Shown piece by piece: positions 48,637 to 58,284 of a DNA stretch of 64,000 nucleotides. The stretch's first letter is position 1. Each line of letters begins with the position of its first letter. Below the pieces are notes generated by a model that did not search any database, was not told the DNA's origin, and saw only the letters and a program-made list of their open reading frames with translations. The stretch lies in the NCBI GenBank assembly GCA_030583745.1, contig CP129473.1, positions 362,887-426,886 of the forward strand, written 5' to 3'. The translations under genes were made by a program, and so were the position numbers. This DNA comes from Minisyncoccota bacterium. GTDB lineage: Bacteria > Patescibacteriota > Minisyncoccia > Phycocordibacterales > BOKC01.

Positions 48637-49821
48637 ATGAACATCATTTTTATCGCTCCTAAAATTAATCTTAGTGGCGGTGGCTCCAATTCAAACACTG
48701 ATCTCCGTATTCGGACTCTTCAAGAAAGAGGGCATCGGGTAAAAGCCATTACTCTTTTTTCAAAATACAATAAACTACCAGATTATAATCCGTATGAGAT
48801 TATTCCCTTCAACAAAAAACCAAAACATTGGATTCTTATAAATCTTTTTGTCTTTAAAATCTTGAAAAAATACGATAAAGAAACAGATCTATTCTACGTA
48901 GACGGACCACAATTCCTCTGGGGATCCGGACTTTACAAACTTTTTTATAAAAAACCAGTCTTAATTCATTTGAATGTGCTTCCCTATACAATTTTAGAAC
49001 ATGGGACAAAATTCTGCGCTGAAATCGACAAGGCGTCTGGAATTTTAAATAAAACAAAATCATTAGTGAGAACAAAAATGGGTGGAATTATCGACCGATA
49101 TTTTGCAAAAAAAATTGACGCTTTTACTTGCACTTCTCCAATAATTAAAGAACATTGTGTAGACTTTGGATTCGGTGAGAAAAACATGCACGTTATTCCA
49201 GAATTCATTGACACTGGAATATTCACCAAAAGAACAAAAGGGCAAAAAGATAAAAAAAATCAAAAAAAGCGCTTACTTTATGTCGGCAGGCTGGTAGCTT
49301 GCAAAGGGGTTGATGTGTTAATAAAAGCCTTAGAAAGATTAAACCGAAAAGATATAGAGCTTGATATTGTTGGCGATGGATTGGAATTAGAAAAATTAAA
49401 AAAATTGGCTGAAAAATCTGGTTTGGATGAACAAATTCATTTTCACGGTTGGATTAAAAGAGAGATGCTTGGAGAGATATACAGCCAAGCAGACATATTT
49501 GTTCATCCGGCCCGCTGGGCAGAGCCCTTAGGAATCACTATAGTTGAAGCAATGTCCATGGGACTTCCGGTCATCGTACCTGAAATAAGCGGCTCCGCCT
49601 GGGCATCTGGCCTTGCCGGTCTTAAATTTAAAAATGGAAACGCAGAAGATTTGGCGAATAAAATAGAAACTCTTTTAGATGATGATAAGCTTTATCAAAA
49701 ACTACAAGGTCACACCGAACAAGAGACGGAAAAAATGGGCTACAGAAAATGGACTAGGAAGTTTGAAAATCTAATTGAAGAGCTCATTTCTCTGCCTCGA
49801 AATAATAACCTAGAGTCATAA
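48637..49821 (+). CDS. Glycosyltransferase family 4.
   Basis: GT4 C-terminal signature FVHPARWAEPLGITIVEAMSMGLPVI. Confidence 0.8.
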   Translation: MNIIFIAPKINLSGGGSNSNTDLRIRTLQERGHRVKAITLFSKYNKLPDYNPYEIIPFNKKPKHWILINLFVFKILKKYDKETDLFYVDGPQFLWGSGLYKLFYKKPVLIHLNVLPYTILEHGTKFCAEIDKASGILNKTKSLVRTKMGGIIDRYFAKKIDAFTCTSPIIKEHCVDFGFGEKNMHVIPEFIDTGIFTKRTKGQKDKKNQKKRLLYVGRLVACKGVDVLIKALERLNRKDIELDIVGDGLELEKLKKLAEKSGLDEQIHFHGWIKREMLGEIYSQADIFVHPARWAEPLGITIVEAMSMGLPVIVPEISGSAWASGLAGLKFKNGNAEDLANKIETLLDDDKLYQKLQGHTEQETEKMGYRKWTRKFENLIEELISLPRNNNLES

Positions 49822-50416
49822 ATTTTTTAGACATTTTGTTTTCTTTTTTTATCAAAGAAAGAATTTTATCGCCAAGTCTAGCCAAAGCAATAAGTGGTCC
49901 CGCTAACCAGTTCCATCTGACAAAACCAATAAAAACATGGTAAGCGACACTAAAAGAGCCGGTTCCCAATTCTGTTATCTTAATTTCCCGAAAGCCAGCG
50001 TTTCCTAGTATGCGTTCAAGAGAAAAGCGGGTAAAGCGGAAATGATCGCTTGGAGAACCGTGTATTGGAAACATGAATGGAACAACTCCAACAACTCTTC
50101 CTTTATGTTTAAGTACTCTGAAGGATTCCTTAACAGCGTTGTTATATTCAAATAAATGTTCCAGTAGATTAATGAACAAAACACAGTCAAAGCGCTCGTT
50201 CTCAAAAGGCCAGGGTTTTTCAGCGTCAAAATTAATATCAATTCCATAAGAATCATTAATATTGCCGACCACCACCGTATGATTTCCTTTGATTAGCTCT
50301 AAATAACCCGAAGTATGAGAACCTCCGACATCTAAAATTTCACCGTTAACTTCCAGGTTTTGAATGGCTCGATATTGCTCTTGCCTCAGAAAAGATTTGG
50401 TATTAAAAAGCGCCAT
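49784..50416 (-). CDS. Class I SAM-dependent methyltransferase (type-11-like).
   Basis: ILDVGGSHTSG motif I. Convergent overlap (~38 nt) with GT4 gene. Confidence 0.6.
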   Translation of the reverse strand: MALFNTKSFLRQEQYRAIQNLEVNGEILDVGGSHTSGYLELIKGNHTVVVGNINDSYGIDINFDAEKPWPFENERFDCVLFINLLEHLFEYNNAVKESFRVLKHKGRVVGVVPFMFPIHGSPSDHFRFTRFSLERILGNAGFREIKITELGTGSFSVAYHVFIGFVRWNWLAGPLIALARLGDKILSLIKKENKMSKKFMTLGYYFEAEK

Positions 50417-50425
50417 ATAATAAAT

Positions 50426-51466
50426 TTATAAATTACCGATAGCTATTTTTAGTCGGTTTGCAAGAATAGCTAGGTCGTGATTTTTCTCAACATAATCGCG
50501 CAGTTCATTTCTTATAAGCTTGGTTTTCTCAGAATCTAAATGTAATAGATTATGCAATGTAATTGCAAGATCTTCTGCATCAACCCTATCAAGAATTAAT
50601 TCTGGATTAATTTTTCCTCGAAGATTTGAATGCGGAGAAACGATTAGAGTCCCGACAGACATTGCTTCAAACATTGTTTTATCATATAAGCCATCTGGAC
50701 TCAAATTAACAAAAATATTATGAGAAGCGTAAATACTTGGCGTAGTATGGTTTGGAACAGATTGAAAAAAAATAACTTTATTCTCAATTTCTAAAACCTG
50801 AGCCTTCTTTTTCAAACTTAAATAGTAATTTTCATCTTTTGGTAATGGATCGCCGTAAATTGACGCCATAAATTCGTCTCCCTTTTGATTAAGTAATCCG
50901 AGTGATTCAATAAACAAGTCCTGTTTTTTTATAGGAGCGATCCGACCTAAACAAAGAATGGTATTTTGTTTTCTAGAAATGGAATCATCCGGTTTAAAAA
51001 AATTTGTATCTATACCAACGGGCATTATTTCTGTTTTATCAAACTTAGCGGTGAAAGATTTGGAAGATGTGCAAAAAACTTTATCAGAAAAATAAATCGC
51101 TAATCTAGTTAAAAAATTACCACTTGAGTGGTTGCGCCACATAGTAATCTTTTTTCCCAGAATTTTCCAAAATAAACCTCCCAAAATAATATACTCTTGG
51201 TTCATATGGACAAAAACAGAATCATAGTTTTTCCTTTCATTCCAAATATATTTATAAAATCTGTATAAGTATTTTAATTTGGAAGTTCCGCCTTCTTTAC
51301 CAAGAGATAGAACGTTTACATTATTAGGTAAGTGATATTCACCTCTCCAAAGACAAATGACTGTAATTTTTTCAAAATGTTTAGAAAATTCCTCAAGCCA
51401 ATGATGGAAAAAGCCCAAAATAGAATCGTTTCTATCAACTTTCTGTGTGATAATCAGCAATTTCAT
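50426..51466 (-). CDS. Glycosyltransferase (GT4-like).
   Basis: CLGRIAPIKKQD...FEAMSVGTLIVSP. Confidence 0.65.
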   Translation of the reverse strand: MKLLIITQKVDRNDSILGFFHHWLEEFSKHFEKITVICLWRGEYHLPNNVNVLSLGKEGGTSKLKYLYRFYKYIWNERKNYDSVFVHMNQEYIILGGLFWKILGKKITMWRNHSSGNFLTRLAIYFSDKVFCTSSKSFTAKFDKTEIMPVGIDTNFFKPDDSISRKQNTILCLGRIAPIKKQDLFIESLGLLNQKGDEFMASIYGDPLPKDENYYLSLKKKAQVLEIENKVIFFQSVPNHTTPSIYASHNIFVNLSPDGLYDKTMFEAMSVGTLIVSPHSNLRGKINPELILDRVDAEDLAITLHNLLHLDSEKTKLIRNELRDYVEKNHDLAILANRLKIAIGNL

Positions 51467-51470
51467 ATAA

Positions 51471-52466
51471 TTATTTTCCTCCTAATTTCTCTAATATGAG
51501 ATCAGATAATATTTTCGGATTGAAATCATAAAATAAAAAAGCTCCCAAATCACAAGCCGAGCCAACGTCGCTCGAAATTACCGGGCAATTAGCGGCTTTT
51601 GCTTCAGCAATAGTCATCCCGTAACCCTCATAAAAAGAAGTGACTAAAAATAAATCAGTGGTTTTGTAGTATGAAACAAGATCATCAGTCCAGGGTTCAA
51701 ATTTAATATTAGATTCCAGATTCAATTTTTTGACAAAAGATTTTAATTTATATTCTTCTGGACCAGAACCAACGATTATAAGACCTGTGTTATTCTGATT
51801 TTTAATAACTTCCTTAAAAGCTAAAATTGCCAGAGAAATATTCTTCTCCTTTGATAAACGTGAGGCCATTAAAATAATTTTTTCATACTGCGGATATTTT
51901 TTCCTTAAATCGGTTTTAATTTCTGATTTACGAATATTTTCAGTATCAATAAAAATAGGTCTAACGTTAATTTTATTGTTTTCTATATTAAATTTGAGAT
52001 TAATAAAATCTTTTATTCTATTGTTAACAACCCTTATCTTACTGGCTTTTGGTAAAAGAATTTTTGCCATCAAAAACCTTAATTTATTAATAAAAGATTC
52101 TTTTCGGAAATATCGGCTTCCAATGTCAGTATGAACTTGTAGCTCTAATTCAGAGCCAAAAAATCTTGAGAGCAGCCAAGCAACTAAACCACACTCGAAC
52201 GGATCTTGAGCAGTGATCAAGTCTGGTTTTATCAATCTCCTACCTATCCTGGTAGCATCAATCGGATAAAGCCAGCGACAAAATGAATTCGTGGGATAAA
52301 CCCAAAATTTGGAAGATATTTTTTTATCCCGAAAGTTTGAATTTTTTAATGTAAATACAATAATATCCAATCTATCAAGATTATTTGCATATCCTATATG
52401 TCGCTTTAAGACATCACTATTGTCTTCAAAAAATCTTTTATCTCTACTGATAGACAAAATTTCCAT
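51471..52466 (-). CDS. Glycosyltransferase (GT4-like).
   Basis: MASRLSKEKN...SFYEGYGMTIAEAKAANCPVISSDVGS. Confidence 0.7.
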   Translation of the reverse strand: MEILSISRDKRFFEDNSDVLKRHIGYANNLDRLDIIVFTLKNSNFRDKKISSKFWVYPTNSFCRWLYPIDATRIGRRLIKPDLITAQDPFECGLVAWLLSRFFGSELELQVHTDIGSRYFRKESFINKLRFLMAKILLPKASKIRVVNNRIKDFINLKFNIENNKINVRPIFIDTENIRKSEIKTDLRKKYPQYEKIILMASRLSKEKNISLAILAFKEVIKNQNNTGLIIVGSGPEEYKLKSFVKKLNLESNIKFEPWTDDLVSYYKTTDLFLVTSFYEGYGMTIAEAKAANCPVISSDVGSACDLGAFLFYDFNPKILSDLILEKLGGK

Positions 52467-52472
52467 AAAAAA

Positions 52473-53576
52473 TCACTTATTTACTAAGATATTTTCAATG
52501 ATATTTAAAGTTTTTCCTACTGTATTTTCAATTGAAAAATCTCTAGACCTTTTTTCAGCTTCAGCGGTAATTTTCTCCCTAAATCCAAAATCAGATGAAA
52601 GCTTCTCAACAGATTTAATAAATTCAAGTTTGTCGTCAGGAGTTATTAATATCCCAGACTTCATACTCTCTATTATTTCAGGGATGCTTCCTGTCAAGGT
52701 GGAGATAACCGGTGTCCCAACATACATAGACTCAACAACTTGAAAAGAGAAACTTTCAAAATGAGTATTCAAAGCAAAAATTTCACAATTTTTTATAAAT
52801 TTAGCCAAGTGTTCTCTTTCAAGCTTACCTAAAAAAATAACCCTGTCTTTCACCTCTAGATTTTCAGCTGTTTTTTTAAGATTAAGTTCTTCAGGGCCTT
52901 CTCCGGCGATAAAAAGTTTCCAGTCCTGGAGTTCCACTAATGACCCTATCAACATTTCAAAACCTTTCCATGGCACAAGTCTACCAGCAGAGATTATTGT
53001 CTTTGGTTTATATTGATATCCAGAATCTGCTCTTGGAAGTTCTTTAAAATCAATTCCATTGTAAACGGTCTCTATTTTTATTTTTATTTTTCTATTTGAC
53101 ATCCACTTACTGACCAGATTAGAAAAATATAGACTGGGAGTAATTATTTTGTCAGCTCTTCTAACAACAAATTTTTGGATAGAGCGCATAAATTCAACTC
53201 TAAATCCGTAATTTTTGTCCTGAAAATTATCAATACTGTCAGTCACTTTATACCTTTGCCTGGACTGTTCCCAAGCATAATCGCCGGCAACCCTAATAAT
53301 AAATTTCTTTCTCATAATCTTTGAAGCGATAAGAGAGGGAAGCCCAACACTTACAGGATCTTGAGCATAAATAATGTTTGTGTTTACTGATTTTAATAGC
53401 ACATGAATAACAAAGACAAAGTGGCGAATAACTTTAGGTAAAAATCTTACAACCCTAAAAGGTAGGACCCCTACATCAATTCCGATTTTTCTAAAATTTT
53501 CCTCCAAGAGCTTAGTGTAGGTTGCCGGGCCACCTATTTCGGGAGGGTAAATTCCTGTAGTTATAAGAATCTTCAT
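52473..53576 (-). CDS. Glycosyltransferase family 4.
   Basis: SAGRLVPWKGFEML...ESFSFQVVESMYVGTPVIST. Confidence 0.8.
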   Translation of the reverse strand: MKILITTGIYPPEIGGPATYTKLLEENFRKIGIDVGVLPFRVVRFLPKVIRHFVFVIHVLLKSVNTNIIYAQDPVSVGLPSLIASKIMRKKFIIRVAGDYAWEQSRQRYKVTDSIDNFQDKNYGFRVEFMRSIQKFVVRRADKIITPSLYFSNLVSKWMSNRKIKIKIETVYNGIDFKELPRADSGYQYKPKTIISAGRLVPWKGFEMLIGSLVELQDWKLFIAGEGPEELNLKKTAENLEVKDRVIFLGKLEREHLAKFIKNCEIFALNTHFESFSFQVVESMYVGTPVISTLTGSIPEIIESMKSGILITPDDKLEFIKSVEKLSSDFGFREKITAEAEKRSRDFSIENTVGKTLNIIENILVNK

Positions 53577-53579
53577 TTT

Positions 53580-54800
53580 CTAAGCTTGAATATCATTAAA
53601 TACCTCTTTCTTCATTCTTTGGCTGATATTGTCCCAATCATAGCTTTTTTGGACATTTTCTCTAGCATTTTTTACAATATTTTCCCTAAGTTTATCATCC
53701 TCTATTAACCTTTTTACCTGTTTTGCAATGTCATCAGGATCATCGACTTTGCAAAAAAGGCCGGTTATTCCATCCTCCAAAAAATCCACAATCCCGCCAA
53801 CCGGTGTAGCGACTACCGGCAATCCAGCGGCCATGGCTTCAATAAAAGAATTACCCATACCTTCCGAACGAGACGGTCGCACAAAACAATCGCTTGTCTT
53901 AAGCAAGGTGGGTAATTTTTTATGCTCAATAAAACCTCCAAATTTGACTCTTTGTGCCAAACCCAAACTTCCAACAAGCCTCTCTAATTCATCACTTTCC
54001 TGCCCTGTGCCGGCAACGAAAAACTTGTAGTTCTTCGGCAAAAAAGTTAGAGATTTTATCACGATATCGACAGCATTTTTCTTAACCAACCGTGAAGAAG
54101 TAATGATAAAAAAATCGCCCGGTTGTTTACCTAAAATTTCTCTAGCTTCTTTGAGTTCTTCTTCCGAAATTACACGGCCAAAATTTGAGATATCGACACC
54201 GTTGGGAATAACAATCGGCTGACCTTTGTGCCCCATAGATTTTCCAAACTCTGCCAAGAAGTTGGAGATTGCCTGAATTTTGTCGGCCTTATGAAAAATC
54301 TGTCGGAAAAGAGGCATAAAAATCCCAACCCTTTTTTTTATGTACTCCAAATCATCCCCCTCCTGAAGAGTCAGAAGAAACGGGATTTTCGGATAAAACC
54401 ATTTAAAAAACAGAGCGGCAAAACCAGCATAGTTCGCCATAATTGACCAAGTTAAATCAAATCTTTCCTTGCGATTTAAGGAACGAGCTTTCAGAAAAGC
54501 TAGAAAAGGGAAAAGATATTTGCTCACTGTTAGAGGCCAGTTTACCGAGGACCTGATAAAAATCCCTTCTTTTTTGGCGGCAAAGCCGATTCGGTGAATT
54601 GTTATGTTTTCAATCTTTTCAATCTTCGGCAAAGCCCTGTCCATTCTCAAGGTAATAATATTGAAATCAAACCCAGAAAGACGCTTGCAAATTTCTTGAA
54701 CAGCTACTTCAGCGCCACCAATAAACGGGTGGTAAGCGATGGAAAAAATTAAAATCTTGTTTTTCATTCTGTTAAAAAATTTATCGGTATTACTCGTCAA
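53580..54800 (-). CDS. Glycosyltransferase family 4.
   Basis: SSRLVKKNAVD...RPSRSEGMGNSFIEAMAAGLPVVATPVGG. Confidence 0.8.
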   Translation of the reverse strand: MTSNTDKFFNRMKNKILIFSIAYHPFIGGAEVAVQEICKRLSGFDFNIITLRMDRALPKIEKIENITIHRIGFAAKKEGIFIRSSVNWPLTVSKYLFPFLAFLKARSLNRKERFDLTWSIMANYAGFAALFFKWFYPKIPFLLTLQEGDDLEYIKKRVGIFMPLFRQIFHKADKIQAISNFLAEFGKSMGHKGQPIVIPNGVDISNFGRVISEEELKEAREILGKQPGDFFIITSSRLVKKNAVDIVIKSLTFLPKNYKFFVAGTGQESDELERLVGSLGLAQRVKFGGFIEHKKLPTLLKTSDCFVRPSRSEGMGNSFIEAMAAGLPVVATPVGGIVDFLEDGITGLFCKVDDPDDIAKQVKRLIEDDKLRENIVKNARENVQKSYDWDNISQRMKKEVFNDIQA

Positions 54801-54914
54801 TCTCTACAATCTTAACGCCCCGAGCATCGTCTCGTTCTCTTGGTAAGAAATATACCAAAACCGACACAGTCAACAGAAAAATAGCAAGAATTAATATCCA
54901 CTTAAACATAAAAA

Positions 54915-56657
54915 TTATTGTCCAATATCTAAAATTTTTTCCAACTCTTCCCTCGGAATCTCTTTCGCGCTGTTTCTTTGTTTGTGTTCGACTCTGTCAG
55001 TCTGGGGAATTTTAATTTTATGCTGGCTGTCTTTTTTTTCTTGTTCAAAACCGACCGCGCCTTTTTCATTTAACCCCTCTGACATTGTTGGTTTTTTTTC
55101 CTCCGCCAAAATTCCGGCCAAAGCGGCTTTCAGCTCGTTTCTTGAGCTCATAGATGGCCCAGACTCTTTATCTTTTCTCTTACTTGAGTCAGCGATTTTT
55201 TTCAAAGAAACCTTAAAATCTCTGCGATCAGGAACGCTCTTTGGTGGTCGGCTATCGGGAATCTTATCCACCCTTTTTTCTTCCATATTAAAACTTGCAG
55301 GTTTTTGCCGAAAAGAGTTGTCATCTCGTCTTCTTACTGATTTGTCTAAATTTTCTTCTGGAGTAGACGGGGTGTGCCAATCTGCTATTTTCTGCTCAAC
55401 ACTTATTCTAGGTTCAGCAAATGTTTTTCTGGAAAACTCAATTATTTGATCTTTGTTGGAAACTGGTGGTTTCTTAATTGGTGGAAGAGTCGTAGCAGAG
55501 AATGGTTGAGAAGTAATACTATCTATCATCAACTTTAAATAAATTTGAACAAACCCCAAATTGACCAAATCTTCAATAGTGAAAGTTGGAGCAAATTCTT
55601 TCTCCAAAATCTCCGCATCAAAAGCGCCAATCCGAAAGACAATCATCGTACCGACGTTGCCAAAAACAGCCGCCCGCACCTCTTCTGGCATCTGCTCTAT
55701 GTATTGGTGGGCAATGGTCAAAGATAATTTATATTTTCTAGCTTCAGACAAAATATCAGCGAAAGATTCATTAGCAAAAGACTGGAATTCGTCAACAAAC
55801 AGATAAAATTGCGGCAAACTCTCCAAAACACTTTCATGAACATCAGCTCTAGACATGGCCGAAAGATATATCTTTGTAACAATCATTGAGCCGAGAAGTT
55901 GGGCATTTACCTCCCCCATCCGGCCCTTTGACAAATTGATAATCAAAATCTTCTTTTGGTCCATTATCTCGCGCAGATTAAATGAAGATTTTGGCTGGCC
56001 GATGATGTTTCTTATGAGAGGGTTTGAAGTAAATTGGCCAATTTTGTTTTGGATAGCCGGTGTGGCCTCTTGGGTGTAGCGATCGGTGTATTTGGCATAT
56101 TCATCTTCCCAAAAAGATTTGACAATCGGGTCAGTGATGTTGGCAACCACTTTCTTTCTGTATTCCTTATCGGCATACATCCTGTTGACCCCAAGCAGTG
56201 TGGCTCCTGGATATTCCAAAAGAGCAAAAAGTGTGTTTGAAAGGATATACTCCATACGGCCGGACCAAGCGTCAACCCAGATCTTTTTGAAGGCCGACAT
56301 CAATCCAGAAACAACTAGATGTCGTTTGTCATACCCAACATCTTCCATAATATTGAAAGAAATTGGGTAGTCCATATCAAAAGGCGCGAAATATACGACA
56401 TCCTCAATTCTCTCTTTCGGCACATATTCCAAGAGCAGCTCGGCGGTCTTGCCGTGCGGGTCAATAAAAGCCAAGCCCTCGCCGTTCTTTATATCTTGGA
56501 TAGCCAAATTCTCAAGAAGTGTGGACTTTCCCATTCCGGTCTTACCGATAATATAAATATGCCGAGCTCTATCTTTAGCTTTAATACCAAACGGCACTCT
56601 TCTGCCTCGCGCATCAGTTTCGGCAAAATAAGTTACTTTGTTGTCTTGATTACTCAT
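54915..56657 (-). CDS. AAA-like ATPase of the VirD4/TraD/TrwB (type-IV-secretion coupling protein / HerA-FtsK) superfamily with Lys/Glu-rich disordered C-terminal tail.
   Basis: Walker A IIGKTGMGKST. IDPHG block. Walker B LFVDEFQSF. Confidence 0.55.
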   Translation of the reverse strand: MSNQDNKVTYFAETDARGRRVPFGIKAKDRARHIYIIGKTGMGKSTLLENLAIQDIKNGEGLAFIDPHGKTAELLLEYVPKERIEDVVYFAPFDMDYPISFNIMEDVGYDKRHLVVSGLMSAFKKIWVDAWSGRMEYILSNTLFALLEYPGATLLGVNRMYADKEYRKKVVANITDPIVKSFWEDEYAKYTDRYTQEATPAIQNKIGQFTSNPLIRNIIGQPKSSFNLREIMDQKKILIINLSKGRMGEVNAQLLGSMIVTKIYLSAMSRADVHESVLESLPQFYLFVDEFQSFANESFADILSEARKYKLSLTIAHQYIEQMPEEVRAAVFGNVGTMIVFRIGAFDAEILEKEFAPTFTIEDLVNLGFVQIYLKLMIDSITSQPFSATTLPPIKKPPVSNKDQIIEFSRKTFAEPRISVEQKIADWHTPSTPEENLDKSVRRRDDNSFRQKPASFNMEEKRVDKIPDSRPPKSVPDRRDFKVSLKKIADSSKRKDKESGPSMSSRNELKAALAGILAEEKKPTMSEGLNEKGAVGFEQEKKDSQHKIKIPQTDRVEHKQRNSAKEIPREELEKILDIGQ

Positions 56658-56701
56658 AAACCTGCTAATTATTATAGCAGTTAAAAAAGGTAGTGTCTGG
56701 A

Positions 56702-58018
56702 TTATGGCAGTCCCTGTTTCAAAACCTCTCTTAAACTTTCGTAGCGATTAGCCGGGTCCCAAAACATCCAAGAATGGAGTCCAGCATCATAAGTCGCTTG
56801 AATTTGCGCTTTTATTGCATCCGGACCGTACTCTCCTCCATAACGAAAATCTTGGAGCCATGGGCGCATAATGTTGGCGTCATAAACCGGTTTGTCATAC
56901 AACCCGCTAAAGACCTCTCTTGTGGTTGTAGCTTGTCTTTCCGAATCAAATTCAGCCACTTTGTTCATTATCGGTTTGTTGTATTTAGTCTTTACCGGAG
57001 TCGTGGCAGAGGTGGCACGCCGAACAGCTTCTTTCATCGAAATATTTATAACCTCATAAGGATAGTGATTCGGATTGGCAAAATTATTCCAATTGGGTGG
57101 ATAATGGGACGGGTAAACCATCGGGGCAATGTAGTCAAAATAAGGCATGGCTCTTTCCAAAACCTGACCAATGTTTAAGTCATCGGTGTTAGTCGTCGTC
57201 ATACCGAATAAATCAGCGGATAAAATAACTCCGGTGTCTTTTAAAGCGCCGTCCAAATATTCAAAAAAATCTTCCAAGACTTCCGGCTTCGGCCTCTCGC
57301 TACTTATCGGAAACTTTATATCTTTCATCGGTCCATCTGAAGGAAATCTTATGTAATCAAAATTCAGCTCGTCAAATCCTATTTTTCTCGCCTCTTTTGA
57401 AATATCGATGTGATAATCCCAAATTTCTTTAGACCCGGGATCAGTAAAAGACAAACCTTTGAAATCTTTCCAGATTGACCCGTCGCTTCTTTTTTGAACT
57501 GCCAAATCCGGTCTCAAATTAGCCATGTGTGGGTCTTGGAAAACCGTAATCCGCCCGATGGTGTAAATATTTTTAGAGTGAAGCTCTTTTATAAAATCTT
57601 TCATTTCCAAGGTCCCGCAACGAGCCGCTTCCCAAGCATGCAAAAGTTTTTGATCTTCGGGTTTAAATGAAAGAGTTCCAGAAAAATCTTTTATGTCTAT
57701 GATAACCGAATTAAGCTCGGTGGTTTCCAAAAAATCCAAAAGATTATTTCTAAAGGAGGGTGTCGAAGCTACACAGCTTGTCATATATATAGATTTTAGC
57801 GGGACAGGAGTCTTTAGATAAACTTCATCCTCGGAAGCCAAGAGCAGGGCCTTCCCCACCTTTGCCTCTTCAATAAAATTATTTAGATCTCCCCTTTGAT
57901 AACTGACTGAAAACAATTTTGGCGCCAAAAGATAAAAAGCCAGCCCGAAAGCAAGCAGAACAAAACCCAAAAAAAATTTTGTTTTAAAAATTTGTTGTCT
58001 GTTCTTGTTTTTTTTCAT
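56702..58018 (-). CDS. Membrane-anchored glycoside-hydrolase-like TIM-barrel protein (GHL10 / DUF4015-type).
   Basis: Hallmark FDYIRFP motif, IIDIKD block, N-terminal TM. Start trimmed to MKKNKNRQQ. Confidence 0.55.
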   Translation of the reverse strand: MKKNKNRQQIFKTKFFLGFVLLAFGLAFYLLAPKLFSVSYQRGDLNNFIEEAKVGKALLLASEDEVYLKTPVPLKSIYMTSCVASTPSFRNNLLDFLETTELNSVIIDIKDFSGTLSFKPEDQKLLHAWEAARCGTLEMKDFIKELHSKNIYTIGRITVFQDPHMANLRPDLAVQKRSDGSIWKDFKGLSFTDPGSKEIWDYHIDISKEARKIGFDELNFDYIRFPSDGPMKDIKFPISSERPKPEVLEDFFEYLDGALKDTGVILSADLFGMTTTNTDDLNIGQVLERAMPYFDYIAPMVYPSHYPPNWNNFANPNHYPYEVINISMKEAVRRATSATTPVKTKYNKPIMNKVAEFDSERQATTTREVFSGLYDKPVYDANIMRPWLQDFRYGGEYGPDAIKAQIQATYDAGLHSWMFWDPANRYESLREVLKQGLP

Positions 58019-58277
58019 TTTCCAAAACTGAAAAATTTTCATCCTGATCAGGATTCTGAATGTTCTCTTCCGAATTATCAAGGGCGCGTGTTTCAAATTC
58101 TATTCTGCTAGCCCGGCCGGTCAAAGCGTTTTTTCTAGCAATTAAATAGGCCGAAATAAAAACAAGAACTCCAAACAAAAGGAAAAGCAGATTTTTGAAT
58201 TTTTGAGGGAAACCCAGAAAAGGAAGGATGGCTGTCAAAAGACCGGCAACGATAATTAAGTTTATTTTGGTTCTCAT
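57984..58277 (-). CDS. Small two-TM membrane protein (98 aa).
   Basis: Sub-ORF MRTKINLIIVAGLLTAILPFLGF... of ORF-track 57984..58454. Follows murC stop. Confidence 0.35.
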   Translation of the reverse strand: MRTKINLIIVAGLLTAILPFLGFPQKFKNLLFLLFGVLVFISAYLIARKNALTGRASRIEFETRALDNSEENIQNPDQDENFSVLENEKKQEQTTNF

Positions 58278-58284
58278 TTGAAAT

